Source of the DNA: the human T2T-CHM13v2.0 reference genome, Homo sapiens
DNA length: 64,000 bases
Strand: one strand, 5' to 3'
Assembly (NCBI RefSeq): GCF_009914755.1
Contig: NC_060937.1
The notes beneath the pieces are model-generated. The model was not told the DNA's origin. It searched no databases and saw nothing but the letters and a program-made list of their open reading frames with translations. This document shows positions 12,506-25,977 of the stretch, in pieces; the first letter of the stretch is position 1, and each line of letters starts with the position of its first letter. The translations under genes and the position numbers were made by a program.

Positions 12506-12559
12506 GAATGGTGATGGTGAAGAGAGGAGCAGAGAGTTCATGCTCCCTCCATGATATCC

Positions 12560-12970
12560 AAGGATGGAATTCCGGGAACTTGAATGGGAACATCTTTATT
12601 TTCACTAATCTTCTAATTGTAATTTTGTATTTCTTTTAATAATGAAACTTAGATAACAAGCGGGATAGTATTAGCAGTAACCCCAACTTGCTCAGAAATC
12701 ACATATATTACCTTAAGGTTATTGTTGGTATTACATATTATTGTTACACTCATGATTCTAAAATTATGGTAGTTACTAGATCTGACTCTAGATTTGTCCA
12801 CTGGAGAATTAATGAATCACATATCATTGTTAATATTATTTTGATGACTTTACCAATATAACTGGATTCTTTGGTAAACCTAAATATCTTATTTACACAC
12901 ATTATTCCAAGAAAGGATCAATAGGCTTCACCAGATCTCAAAGGGTCTACAGCGAAACCTGCTTAAGAAA
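12560..12970. mobile_element. hAT-Charlie DNA transposon remnant (Charlie4-like)
   Basis: catctttattttcactaatcttctaa...aaattatggtagttactagatc...ataggcttcaccaga...aaagggtc; recalled consensus only. Confidence 0.5.
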
Positions 12971-12999
12971 GCTTAAGAGGGATATAAAATAAAAGAAGG

Positions 13000-13480
13000 G
13001 TAACTTTCAAAATGACAGAGATTAGACCCTGTTATAGCTGATGAGGATTAAGCCTTGAGAAAGTGAAAACATAAAATTCCAGGTTAGGGGAGCAGACATT
13101 TTAAAGGAGGACTAAGAAAGACATCTCATTTACAAGTTGGTGTTGAACAAAAAGTGATAACTCTTCCTATGAGACTGAAAAGATAAGACTGATTATGGAG
13201 ACAGACTCATTTTTAAGAGGCAGGTGTTAGAGTTTGAAGGAGTTCCTGCTTGATGATTTCAGATTTTCTTGATGTGGTAGAAAGTAGGTTTTCAGTAAAG
13301 ACTGAGGTGTGGATTAGGGTGAAGGCTTAAGAATAGTTAAAATTTGGAGTAGTCATTGAGAAGTCGGGGAGAAGGTGCTGACTCAGGACACAAACTAGGC
13401 TTCCTGATTGCAGTCCTGTGATTGTCTCTGACTGGGTGCAGCTGCTACAGGTCACATGGAATGACTCCCAGCTCAGCTAG
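13000..13480 (-). mobile_element. L2 internal fragment
   Basis: gaaggagttcctgcttgatgatttcagattttct...gtaggttttcagt...gactgagg pattern. Confidence 0.5.
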
Positions 13481-15395
13481 ACCCTTTCCTCACATGCTAG
13501 GTGCCATCTGCAATCAGCGTCCTAGTTCACATATTACCTGCTCTCAGGTCCCAGCTCTCTGGCCCCAGCTCTCTCAGTAATGCGATTGGCTCCCTTTCTA
13601 GTGCTCCTGCTGGGGCATCTGTAAACCGTTGCTGCAGAAGCTTTGCCCATCCAGAGATGGCACTGCTTTGGTTCAGACTCTTCTTTGACTGCCATCTTCC
13701 TAAAGCAGCATGAAGAATGCATCACTTTCTGCTTGGCTGTAGAAATCCACATACATGGAATTGAAATTTCTCTACCATGATTGGTTAAGTTGTTGGGACT
13801 TTGTAGGGGAAAATACCAATGGCGTAATAAAGAGGGCTGTAATGAAATGATCCCCCTCCCCTATCCTTTCATTTCCAGATCCTTCTCCCTAGTGATCACA
13901 TGGAGCCATGATTGCTCCCACTTGGTAGTGCCCTGAGCAGGCAGGGGTAGGATGGGTGAAGAGAACTCAGGGCTGTCTTTTGCCTATCCTAAGGCTCTAG
14001 GGCAAATTGAAAATTTGGCCCAAACAGGGATTCAGGACTGCACTTGATGCTAGTTATTGGGCCTTACCATCTCTGCAAAGTATCCAACTTCTGAGAAGGA
14101 ATCTGTGTTTGATTCATTGCTCTCTTTGCTGCAGTGTCCTTCTTTTATCAGGCTCTCAATTTATATGTGTTTAATGGATAGATATGGGGCAATACAGCAT
14201 AGATTATATGACATGAATTAGTGTGTGTTCATATCCAACACATACAAAATGGAAATTAAAACACCCAATTAATGTGATCCATGCAGAAATTCAAACTGAA
14301 AATCAGACCTGAATACAGGTTTTTTTTAATGTCATTCAGTTTGCCTGTATTGAAAAAAATTGTTAAATCTATGAACTCTTGGTCATTTTTGTATAAAAAT
14401 ATATTATGACTTGTTATTTATTCTCTCCATAAAAAACTACAAATCAAAACTGTGTGCCCTAATTAGGTTTAGAGAAAAAAAGGAAAAACAGAGAAAAATG
14501 CCTTATGTGGGTTTTACCATTAAAAATGTATACTAGTACACTAAAGAAACAAAAATATTTTAGAGAGCATGGGTATATACAGATATAATTTTTAAGCCTA
14601 AAGATAAAAATAATATTTAAGAGACTTAATTTCTAACATGAGAGGATGTTGACTTTTAGACAATCTATTGGATCCTATGGAGGGGTGCTGAGAGCACGTC
14701 ATGTATCATTTTTTTATGAATGCAACAGTCCGCTGGCTCTTTCCCACAGGGAGTGCCGTTCATGAGGCATGGAAGTCCTATGCAATTTCTGCAGTTTTGA
14801 AATTCCAGAGTGAATCACTGACTAGCCTCAGAGGGTTAGCTTTATTTTGGCTTGTAGTTGGTTTCTCTTTTTTTTCCACCCTGTACCTACTTCTCAGGCA
14901 TAAAACCAGGTGGCGTAAGTTCCCAGGGTGCTGAATTTCCTTTAAATTGCATAAACCTGTCCCTCCTCATGCCCTAACGTCATGAATCAATGCAAAATTT
15001 TGGTTTCTATGTTACTTCTCACTTCCGAAACTGTAATCCAATTCATCACAAAAGACCACAAAGTAGATAAAACTCCACAATTTACGGCAGGCTAGAGGTA
15101 GTTCTTCCTTATCAGAGTTCAGTTTAAAAGTTTACAGTGAGCTATTCAGGGACAGATTCCAGGGAGGTGAGATGAGCTGTCACCATTACCGGCTCACTGA
15201 TGGCCTGTGAACTGGAAATGAGCACAGAGTAAAGTCCTCGTCAAATTCCTGTCTTCTCTCCTTGGCTGTTCTCACGTACCGTTCTCAGAGGTAATTTAAG
15301 ACCCTCCAAATGTGTAAGCCTGCCTGTATAACATAAACACTGAAGCGCCTGCCCCCTTCCTCTCAGGAAGCAATGCAAGCATTCAAAGTTCTCAC

Positions 15396-15485
15396 CTTTT
15401 CACCACGACTGCTGCTGGCATGCCCTCAGTCAGCTCCTACAGTAGGGTGGACCCATGCGGCTGCCCCCGACAGAAAGCAAAGGAC
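15396..15485 (-). ncRNA. Candidate non-coding exon (-), 90 nt
   Basis: Acceptor atctgtttcctacag|G (alternative start 15507); donor AAG|gtgaga; stops in all three frames. Confidence 0.35.
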
Positions 15486-15689
15486 CTGTAGGAAACAGAT
15501 TTCCTTCCTGAAACACATGCAGGGGCATTTTAACACAACATGACAGAAATAAAAAGGAAAGAGAGGCCCCTTCCCCATTCCTCATCAGTTACACCTGATT
15601 TTCAATGAGTTAATTCTTCACCGATGAGCTCTGAGTTTGCTCCATGGAAGCACTGTCCACCAGCACTTTATGCTGTGTTAAGAATGCCC

Positions 15690-15845
15690 TCCAGCTTCAC
15701 TGTCCAGTCCAGTAGGCACTAGCCACATGTGGCATTGAGCATTTGAAACCTGACTAGCATGACTGAGGAAATGGATTTTAAATTTAATTTCACTTGATTT
15801 CATTTAAATTTAAATAGCTGTATGTTTGGACAGTGTAATTCTAGA
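15690..15845. mobile_element. MER3/MER33-type hAT MITE
   Basis: Inverted termini cactgtcca ... tggacagtg; internal ctagccacatgtggc, ttgagcatttgaaa, atttaaatttaaatagc. Confidence 0.8.
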
Positions 15846-16699
15846 GTTTAGGTTTAATTTAAGTCCATGGTGGTTTTAAAATCATACAAGCTGCAGGTGG
15901 ACTATGTTGAAAACACTAACACGATATTATGTTAATTTTTGTCCAAACATGAATGTCTTTTATTTACAAGACTACACTGGTTGCCAATTGAAGGTGGTGG
16001 ACTAAATGTTGGTTTTGTCTTCCCTTGTCTTTCCCCATGCTTTTTCCCCCCTTCTCCTCCAAAACACTGCAAACATAATATAGAATTAGTGATGAGGATA
16101 GATTTACAGTAGCAGAGATCACGGGAGGCAGGGCAGCAGTTACTAGATGCTGAATTTCAAATTTTTCTGAATTCTGAAAACATATGGGAACATACTGATG
16201 GAAAAAGAGGGTTAAAGAAGCTATGGGCCAGAGTGGGATAGTAGTGGAAGTTAAAGATCATTTTCTTGTAAATCTCTTGATAAAAAAAAAATGTGGCATC
16301 CAACAGTTATCAAAGATGGGAGTGAGATGGGTGGAAAATAAGGAGTTAATTCAAATGGCATCAAATGAACGTTTCCCTAGATAGAAACCTCACCACAGAA
16401 CAGAGATAGGCAATTCAGAATTGATCTTTGGACAAAACCCAGAACGTGTTTATGCAAACCCTCTCCCTTAGTTGGACAAGTTTCCTGAGAATGAGGATTG
16501 CTGGTGGAAGGTGGAGAGTCCAGAATAGAAGCTTCACTGAACCAGCTCTATAAGGCCCCAGACAGGCCTGTGCTCCCTGCCTGTCCACTCAGCCTGCAAG
16601 TGCACCCACACAAACAGAACCCCCAGACTGGCTTTCATTCAAGGAGAAGCCCAGCAAGAAAACACACAAGATTTGTAATAGAGAAAATGGAGATGGACG

Positions 16700-18100
16700 G
16701 TTCCCAACGTGCTGAGGACTGTCAGCATGTGAAAGGAAGATAAAAAGCACAAAAAATTCAGGAGGAAGCCAAGAAAATTTGGAGATGAGTCAACATTTTG
16801 AAAAATATTATTGCTCTCATTATTTTATAAAGACTTTAATTATCCTCAGAGAAACCAAAGAAATGTCAAATATAAAGGATAAATGCAGGCTGCTATGAAA
16901 TATGAACAATCAAGGACAAAGAACATATCTTAAAAATTAAAAATATGCTTGCTGAAATAAAAATAAATGTTAATAAATGAAAGATGAGTGATTATAGTTG
17001 AGTAAAAACTCCAGAAAATACAAAGCAACACATAATATCAGAGAAAGATCAAAAGCGTAGAGGAACAACATAAAAAGACCAATGTCTGATACATAGGAGT
17101 TCCAGAAAGAAAGAACAGAAAAAATGGCGAGGAGAAAATTAAATAACAAAAAATATTTCTTGGAGGTCAAGTATAACCCAAATCTTTAAATTAATATTAC
17201 AAAGCAGTACTGGAAGAATGAATGAAGCATAAAATATCTTGAGAATGCCATTGTCCAAATAGGGTGAAAAGTAAAATCTGGGACGCATTGAATACCTGAT
17301 GAATCCCTGACTTCTAAGCTGGGAACACTCACTTTTGAATTATTGATGTGTCGTGACCTTTGACTTGGGAAGGGTATATGTTAATGTCTGTCTAGCATGG
17401 CTCCACAGGGACCAATATTTACTAGAAAGTGTAAATACGTATTACCGATTTTTAACTTTAGTGCTTAATCTACACTCAGAGCTCACAAATTATGATTTCA
17501 AGACATAAATGTTAATCTTCATAATGTGAAAGTTTATGGTTAACTGAAGATGGGAGTGGGGAGTTGGGAAGATGGAGGTAAAAACTGCCAATAATATCCT
17601 ACTTATAGGCTAAACTCTCAAGCAATAGTGCTCACCATTGCTGGAACAGCAAATAGAGTGTAAGCATATCATTTGATTTTATAAATGGAGTTACCAGAGA
17701 TATAATATTGTATTATAGCTTTAAATAGTTGGAGAGAGAGAAAAAAATGATTGTGAACAGTGATCAGTGAGCTAAATTTACAGCTTCTATGCTCTGGTGT
17801 CGATAGGTAATACCTAAGTAGAAATAGTGGTCTACTATTTACATTTATGAAAATACTGACAAAAAAATACGAAACCCATTAAGAGCAATTTTGAGTCTCA
17901 GAAGTGAAGCAGAGCAAGAAAGGGTAAAATGAAGTGGGTTAAGAAAGCATTGCTCAGATTTGCCTGTATAACAAACCTGCACATGTACTCCTGAACTTAA
18001 TATAAAAGTTAAAGAAAGGGAAAGTGTTGCTGTTCATTACAGGTCTTCTATTGGTTTTTCTTTAACGATGTATGCATATTACTTTGATTAAAATAAGAAA
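16700..18100 (+). mobile_element. Very old L1M/HAL1-like fragments
   Basis: ORF1-region-like tataggagttccagaaagaaagaacag...; A-rich strand bias; degenerate 3' end near 18090. Confidence 0.55.
17955..18019 (+). mobile_element. Ultra-short L1PA 3' tail insertion
   Basis: tataacaaacctgcacatgtactcctgaacttaa; TSD gaaagcattgct / gaaagtgttgct. Confidence 0.75.
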
Positions 18101-18222
18101 ATCTGGGCACATTCAACTTTTACAGAACATTTGAAATCGTTGAATAAATTTTAACTATCTGAGAAAATAGTGGGGCTGAACTAAAAAAATCTGCAGAGGT
18201 CTTAGAGAATTTAGTCAATTAA

Positions 18223-18535
<313 letters not shown>

Positions 18536-19177
18536 TTAGTCAATTAAAATGACGTTGATACTTGAGTATTACAAAAGATGTGTCAATAAATGAAATTATA
18601 AATGAGCAAGAAGTTTACATAAAGATAAGCAATAAAGCTTCCTTTTAATTCATGTGCTATAGGCCAGATTAATGGTTTAATTTCTGTTCACATCATTAAA
18701 TTTAAAGAGTTTTACTATAAATATTTCAAGTCCTAAAAAACTCAGAGATACTGCCTTTTCAGTGGGCATGTAGGCCCATGTTTTAAATTTTTTTTAATCT
18801 AAAAAGGACTTCTCAGTTCATCACACATTTTTTGATAAGAGATGAAGGATGTATGTGAATATAACAGGTATCAGATCAAATCCCATGTGTTCTTCCGGTT
18901 GTCTCAAACAACACGTCCTAGCTATGTTGACCTAAGGAACCAGTAACAAATTTGCACCTTCAACTCTTCACCAGTTCTTGGCTTCTAGTCTTCTTAGCCA
19001 TCTGCCTGGCAACCCAACTGGCTGTCCCGTTCCTGAGTGCTTCCTTTTTTCTCCAAGAGTCACTATTATCCAGACTAATGAGCCTGAAGTGCACACATTT
19101 ACTACACAGTTGCAGGAGGACCATCTCTTTTCTTAGACAATGGTAATACCAGTAATAATACCTATAGTCAATTCTGA

Positions 19178-19515
<338 letters not shown>

Positions 19516-19859
19516 TATTAAATATGTTTAATCTGATGAAGAAACAGCATCTTTGTGTACGTAAGTGTCTTATTCAAAGTCACATCATTGATCACAGTTA
19601 GGTCTAAGGTTTGAATCCAGAAATCCTGGATGTAGGTCAGATATTTTCTCTAATACATCATAGCTCCCTTTCTGGTTCTTTCCAAGGCATCTAAATCTGT
19701 GAATAATCATTCATTTCTATGTATTTGTCATTATATGCATGAAGGAGAGATACTTGCAATTTTTTTGTATCTTAGTCACAAGATCAGAATTATTTTAGGA
19801 TATTGAGCCAAGTCATACTACAAAGAATAAACAATTCACATTTTTAATTTTGTACAGGT

Positions 19860-20050
19860 AGGCAGTTTGATGCAATGGAAATTCATGGCTTTGAGTCACA
19901 GAGGTCTTTCCTTGTGGTTTTGAGAAAACCACTTAACTTATCTGAACCTCAATATCCTGACTTCTAAAATAGAAATAAACAGGTCAGTATGAGAATTACT
20001 CAAGAACATGGCTGTCAAATGCATGTCATTTATGAACATAAGCATTGACT
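19860..20050 (+). mobile_element. MIR
   Basis: ggctttgagtcacaga...cacttaacttatctgaacctcaatatcct...taaaatagaaata. Confidence 0.6.
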
Positions 20051-20949
20051 TCCTTCTTATCTACATCCCATCCCATGTGCCCTAGTGGGTCATTCTTGTC
20101 TTCTGAAAGTAAAGGGATCTATTTCTCGTACACTTAATATGCATTCCACCTTGGGCTATTATGCTTTTATTTATTTCTTCCTGTTCTTTGTCCAGTTTCC
20201 TGTATAGTTAAAATGGTTCGAGCTGCTTTCTCCTTTATTGTTTCTTCCATGCTGTAATGCTGGGTGGGGCCTGAGTTGGGCCTATAGCCCAAGGAAAATC
20301 CAGCCTGCTCGCCTGCTCATCTCCTTCAACTCCCATATCTAAGACAGGTCTTTGTGTTCTCTCAGCAGCCCGTGGTGACATGAGTGAGTGCCTCTGTACA
20401 CGCTGCACTGTCTCTCTGGTTATCATCTGACAGTCAGCCTTCCCATCGCTCTTCCTGTCTTTACAGTTCTAGTGAACGGAAACTTGTTAACCTTGACAGT
20501 GCCTCTCTTGCAGCATTAGCCATCCTGAGAGCGTCCTTCAGTTTCTGTGTGCTGGTTCTGCCCAGGAATCAAACAAGCCCATACCCAAATCAACATTTTA
20601 ACATTAAATTAGAACATTTTAAGCAGTGCATTTCTTTTACAAATACAGTGAGTGTCTTCTTCCTAGAGGCCAGTCACTTTTTGCCTGTATAATTTTTCAT
20701 GCCAAATTCAAAAGTTTTGAATATTGTATTACAGTGGTATTTCTTGAATGGCAATATCTCAAAGTGAGATTATTCCTGAAGGACCCATATTATTTCCTGT
20801 AATAGCATGGCGATGGGGAGGCCTAAATAAATGTGTTAGCAGCAGCATATTCTCAGACCACCCTGAGCATGCAGTGAAGTGAAAAAATCTAGAGTCCACC
20901 CACAAGATCACTCCTAAACAAAACATCCGGAAGGTTACCTGAGCAGCTA

Positions 20950-21130
20950 ACATTCATTCATAGTTCAACATATTCTTATTAAGTGACTACTGTGTGCTAG
21001 ACATTCTTCTAGGCACTGGGGAACATCAGTGAACAAAACAGATAAACTCTCTGCTCTCACATTCTAGAGGAGGAGACAAAGGAGCAAATAAACAATATAT
21101 GATATATAGTGGTAATTGCTAGAAAGAAAA
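20950..21130 (-). mobile_element. L2 3' end
   Basis: cattcattcat...ctactgtgtgctagacattcttctaggcactgggga...gtgaacaaaacaga. Confidence 0.8.
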
Positions 21131-21146
21131 GGAAGGGAAGAGGAAG

Positions 21147-23116
21147 TACATTAGTTTTCTAGGGCTGCTATAACAAATTGACGCAAACATGGTGGCTTAA
21201 AACAGAAATTTATTTTCTCACAGTTCTGGGGGCCCAGAGTCCCAAATCAAGATGTCAACAAAGATTAATGCACCCACAACCCACTGATTTTCCACAAAGA
21301 TTTTAAGAACACACGTTGGGGAAAAGACAGTCTCCTCAATAAATGGTGCTGGAAAATTGAATATCCACAATGCAGAAGAATAAGACTAGATCCCTAACTC
21401 ACTGTTTACAAAAATTAACTCAAAATAGATTTAAGACTTAAATGTAAAAGATGAAACTACTAGAAGGAAATATAAGGGAAACACTTCATGACATTGGACT
21501 GGGTAAGAATTTTTTCAAAATAACACCTCAAAAGCACAGGCAATGAAAGCAAAAACAGGCAAATAAGATTATATCAAACTAAAAAGCTTTAGAACAGCAG
21601 AGAAAACTATTAACAGAGTCAAGAGACAACCTACAGAATGAGAGAAAATATTTACAAACTGTATATCTGACAAGGGGATAATATCCAAAATATACAATGA
21701 ACTTAACAGCAAAAATACAAATAAACCAATTAAAAAGTAGGCAAAAGAGCTTAATAGACATTTCTTAAGAAATACAAATGGCCAAAAGCTATATGAAAAA
21801 ATGTTTAATATCACTCATCAGGGAAATGCAAATCAAAACCACAATGAAATACCACCTCACTCAGAGTGGCTGTTATCAAAAAGAAAACAAGTGTTGGCAA
21901 GGATGTGGAGAAAAGAGAAGACTTACACACTCCTGGTAATGACTACAGCCATTCTGGAAAGCAGATGGAGGTTTGTCAAAAAATCAAAATAGAACTACCA
22001 TATGATCCAGCAATCCCACTACTGGGTATATGTCCAAAAGAAAAATCAGAATCTCAAAGAGATATTGTCATTCCAGTGTTTATTGCAGCACTGTTCACAA
22101 TAGCCAAGATATGGAATCAATCTAAGTGTCCAACAATAGATGAATGGATACAGACAATGTGGTATAGACACACAATGCAATACTATTCAGCCATAAGAAA
22201 GAACAAAATCCCATTGTTTGTACAACATGAATGTACCTGGGAACCTGGAGGACGTGTTAAGTGAAATAAGTCAGACACAAAATGATAAATAGCACATGAT
22301 CTTATTTGTGGAATAATTTTTAAAAGGTTGATATCATAGAAGTGGAGAGTAGCACAGTGGTTACTAGAGACTGTGACTGGGAGGGAGGAGGAGATAATGG
22401 GAAGAGGATGGTTAATGGGTATAAAGTTACAATTACCTAGGAAGAGTAATTTTGGTGTTCTATTATAACCATAACCACAGTGGGTAACTATGGTTAACAG
22501 TCAAATATTATCTATTACAAATTAGCTAGAAGGGAAGCTTTTAAACAATCTCACCTCAAAGAAATGATAAATGCATGAGGTTATGGAAACATGACCCTGA
22601 TTAGATCATTATGCAACATACATATGTATTAAAACGTACTCTATAAATATGTACAATTATGTCAATTAAAAATTAGAAAAAATATAAAAATAAAGATGTC
22701 AAGAGAGCCACGGTCCAGCCGAAGTCTGGAAGAGAGACTCCTTTTTTGCAGCCTCCCCTATCTAGTGGCTCCAGGCAGTCCTTGGCTTGTGACTACATAA
22801 CTCTAATCTTTGCCTGGTCTTTGCACAGATTTCTTCTCCTGTCTCTTATGAGGACATTTGTCGTTGAATTTAGGGCCCACTTAGTTGATCCGGGATGATC
22901 TCATTTCAACATAATTATTTTTGTGAGTACCCTATTTCCAAATAAGGCCACACAAGCCATTTCCCTCTGTTTTACACTGCAGCGTTAACAAAAAGAACCC
23001 CGGGTGAGGAAGAAAGAGTCTACCTTATTTGGAACAAGGATCTTTGCAAATACACTTAATTAAGGATGCCTGGATATGGATGCATCTTTTGAAGGTCCAA
23101 TATGCAACCCGTGACA
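21147..23116 (-). mobile_element. MLT1 (B/C-like) LTR, split by an L1 insertion and a complex rearrangement
   Basis: ttagttttctagggctgctataacaaa...ctcacagttctgg | ...gaatttagggcccac...ccctatttccaaataagg...caacccgtgaca; TSD ggaag/ggtag. Confidence 0.82.
21264..22692 (+). mobile_element. 5'-truncated L1MA
   Basis: ORF2 C-terminal remnant (IELPYDPAIPLLGICPKE..FIAALFTIAKIWNQSKCP); L1MA 3' UTR; TSD aagatgtcaacaaag / aagatgtcaagagag. Confidence 0.93.
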
Positions 23117-25923
23117 GGTAGGGAGGTCAGAGTGGTGGAGCCCCAGATACTTTTAAACAGAATAATTGGGGGAAATCTGTCTGAAGAGTTCATGTACGAA
23201 CACAAACATTAATTGGGGCGCTAACTCACATGCATAGCTTAAGAATGAGCACTCCAGTGGAAGAAACGGTGGGACCTTATGGTATGAAATGGACATGAGC
23301 TTGGCCTTTCTAAAAATCGCAAGGCAAAGTGAAGTCATTGAGGGGAAAGAGATGAGGGTAGAGAAGTACCTAATGGTTAGAGCATGAAGGTTTGGCAGCC
23401 CTTGTGTGGCCATGCACTGGAATGGCACAAGAATGACAGGCATGCCCATGAACTCAGCATTCCAGGTGTTCCCTGGTGCCATTTTCTGACTGAGATCACT
23501 GACTTGATATTTTCTGTCAAGAGACGCTCAAGGAGCAGCTCCTGCTCCTGGCTTCAGGAATGTTCTCTGCACTTTCTTGTCTACACTGTTTTCCTCTGTT
23601 CCATTAATTATCTGGTTGAGGGAGGAAGCAGGAACTCTTCTTTTTTCTGCTTGTCCCTTTCAGTTCACCTCTGCTGGCCTGGATCCAAATATGCTCACCA
23701 AACTGCTTCCAGTTTTCTAAGATCTTTCCTCATTTTGAGATCAGATTATCTTTACTTCTCAAGTGCAGCTGGGTCTTTTAAAGAGATGATTGTTCATTTG
23801 TCATAAATTTCAAATTTTTTGGTAACTACTAGTTATGGGGAAAGGCAGTGCTAGCTTTCAAGTCTCCCTGCTTATTTTTATGGTTTCTTAAGTAGAATGC
23901 CACTTTCATTTCTGTAACTTCCACATGTAACCACAGTGAGATTCTGGGGACTGAGCTGCATTGCTTACTCTAATATACATGGAGAATTTCAAAGACCAAA
24001 GAGTCAATCACTTGGCCTTGTGGGAGTGCTAGGAGTTGAAAGACTGTCCAGACCACACAAGCTGTTTCCCTCTGTTTTCCACTACAGGGTTAACAAAAAG
24101 GATTTACGTTGGGTGAGGAAGGAGGAGTCTGCTGGGTGATAGTCTGTCACTCAAACACCCACAGCTCCCATGAGCATAGAAGGAAGAGATGAGAAAATGT
24201 AATCTTCACCACCTGTTTGATATGTTAAGTGGAGTTGCTTTATTTTGTAGTTTCAAAATGTACCTATCCTAATTAAAATCACCCTGGGTATTAGATTAAC
24301 TTGAAATAAATAATCGAAGTTGATTTATGTTTTTCTAATCAACTATGTACAGGAATAAGTGAATATTACCCTACCCCCACACCCTGCAACAACACCCTTT
24401 TTCTCTGGGCTTGGCCTGAAACCTGAGCCCTCAGATGCATTTATAACCCAGGACACTGGAAGTGAGTAGAATTAAATGCTTTATTTTTGGACTTGCACTT
24501 AGCTTTTCCTTTTTCTAAGAATACAGATGAAAATATAAAAATTATCAGCTCAACATAAATCTTCGCCTCCTAAGCCTTCAACAAAGGCAATAAAACAATT
24601 TTTTCTTTAATATATAATAGAATATTTTCAAGGAAAGGATGTTCAAAGGTGACTTTCTAAGAAAAAATATGCTCCCATTAATGACTGCTATGGTCTTTGG
24701 AAACATTTTATGAAAATGTGTGTAGATTGCATATGTTTATCCAGGAGAACTATATCTATCCTTGGTCCTCTTATGATCAAGCCATCCAGCTATGGTCCCT
24801 TTTCATGACAGCAAAATTAAGCCTATGTCGTGGTGTCTCCCTGTTTTGCAACTAGGAATAAGGACTTTTGCATGTCAGATAGACTGCAGTTTATAGATAA
24901 AGAGTCACAAAACATTCTTGGAGCCACATGGGTAAAAACAGCCCTTGGGAATCTTATATTTAAAGTGGTATTGCACAAAAGTAAAACAACAGGTTATTTG
25001 ATTTAGACACTGTTCTCCAAGTCAAACTTCAATACTCTATCACTTTTTATTCTACATGAGAAGAGAACTGAGCCATTTCAAAGTTTAAATACAGACTATG
25101 TAATTGTTTTCTTGATTTTTCCTATGAAAAAGAGAACTGAATACATTTTCTTCCTGAAACAAAGATGGGGACCTCAAGTGTAACTCTGAAAATGTAACAG
25201 GGGCAAATTGCAGCCACTGATAATTAGGAGACAACAATCCCTCCCCAGCCTGGCAGCCCACCCTGGCCCCAGCCTGCATAATTTAGAAGTAATGAACATT
25301 TCAGCTGGTGCAGGGAACATTCTCATCCACTAAGCAGCAGGGGAGAGGATTTGAAATTTTGCACACGATTTTATGGTGGAATTTAACAAGTCAAAGCATT
25401 AATTGGAAGGAAATATACAATTGTTCTCCAGAAGTGTCACGGGGCAGTTCTATCATTTGGTCCCTCTCACATGAAGGGAGGTCATTGTAAAAACAAGGTA
25501 AAACAAATTAGAATAAAAGAACAACAATAACAAAACAGCATAATCTTTATGCAACTGATGTTATTATCCTTTTAACTGCTGAAGCATGTTTTGGATTAAA
25601 AACGTGTATTTTTTTGAAAGAATCCACAGGTTGGTAAACATAATTTAGCAGATTCCTCTGCAAAGCCTTAAAAGGTCATTGAGAATCCCCAAATCATGAT
25701 AGATTGCTGGACAGTTTGCCTTCAATGCTAGTCTGAAAGGCCTCTAACATTCTCCATCTGTTCAGTGCACACTTGAAAAGAGTCTGGAAGCCCAAACAGT
25801 AGTATGAAGTTACCTGTGATGACGCTTTCTTGTGATGGCTATTTAATTTTAACTGTGCTGTTTGGAGACCAAAAAAATGATTTTCATAAATATTTAATAG
25901 ACGTTTTTTCCAAGCTGAGATAC

Positions 25924-25925
<2 letters not shown>

Positions 25926-25965
<40 letters not shown>

Positions 25966-25977
25966 AGAGACACACAC
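25926..25977. repeat. Compound (CA)n(GA)n(CA)n microsatellite
   Basis: About 18 CA units, then GA and CA units. Confidence 0.97.

Noticed and set aside
20380-20560. Helical-looking minus-strand frame (TQKLKDALRMANAAREALSRL)
   Set aside because: Short, ends in a stop, weak splice sites, no recognised homologue; a tblastn search would be needed to revive it.
23384-23806. 140-aa ORF in unique sequence
   Set aside because: Ser/Leu/Phe-rich random-like composition, no domain, no supporting splice or promoter context.
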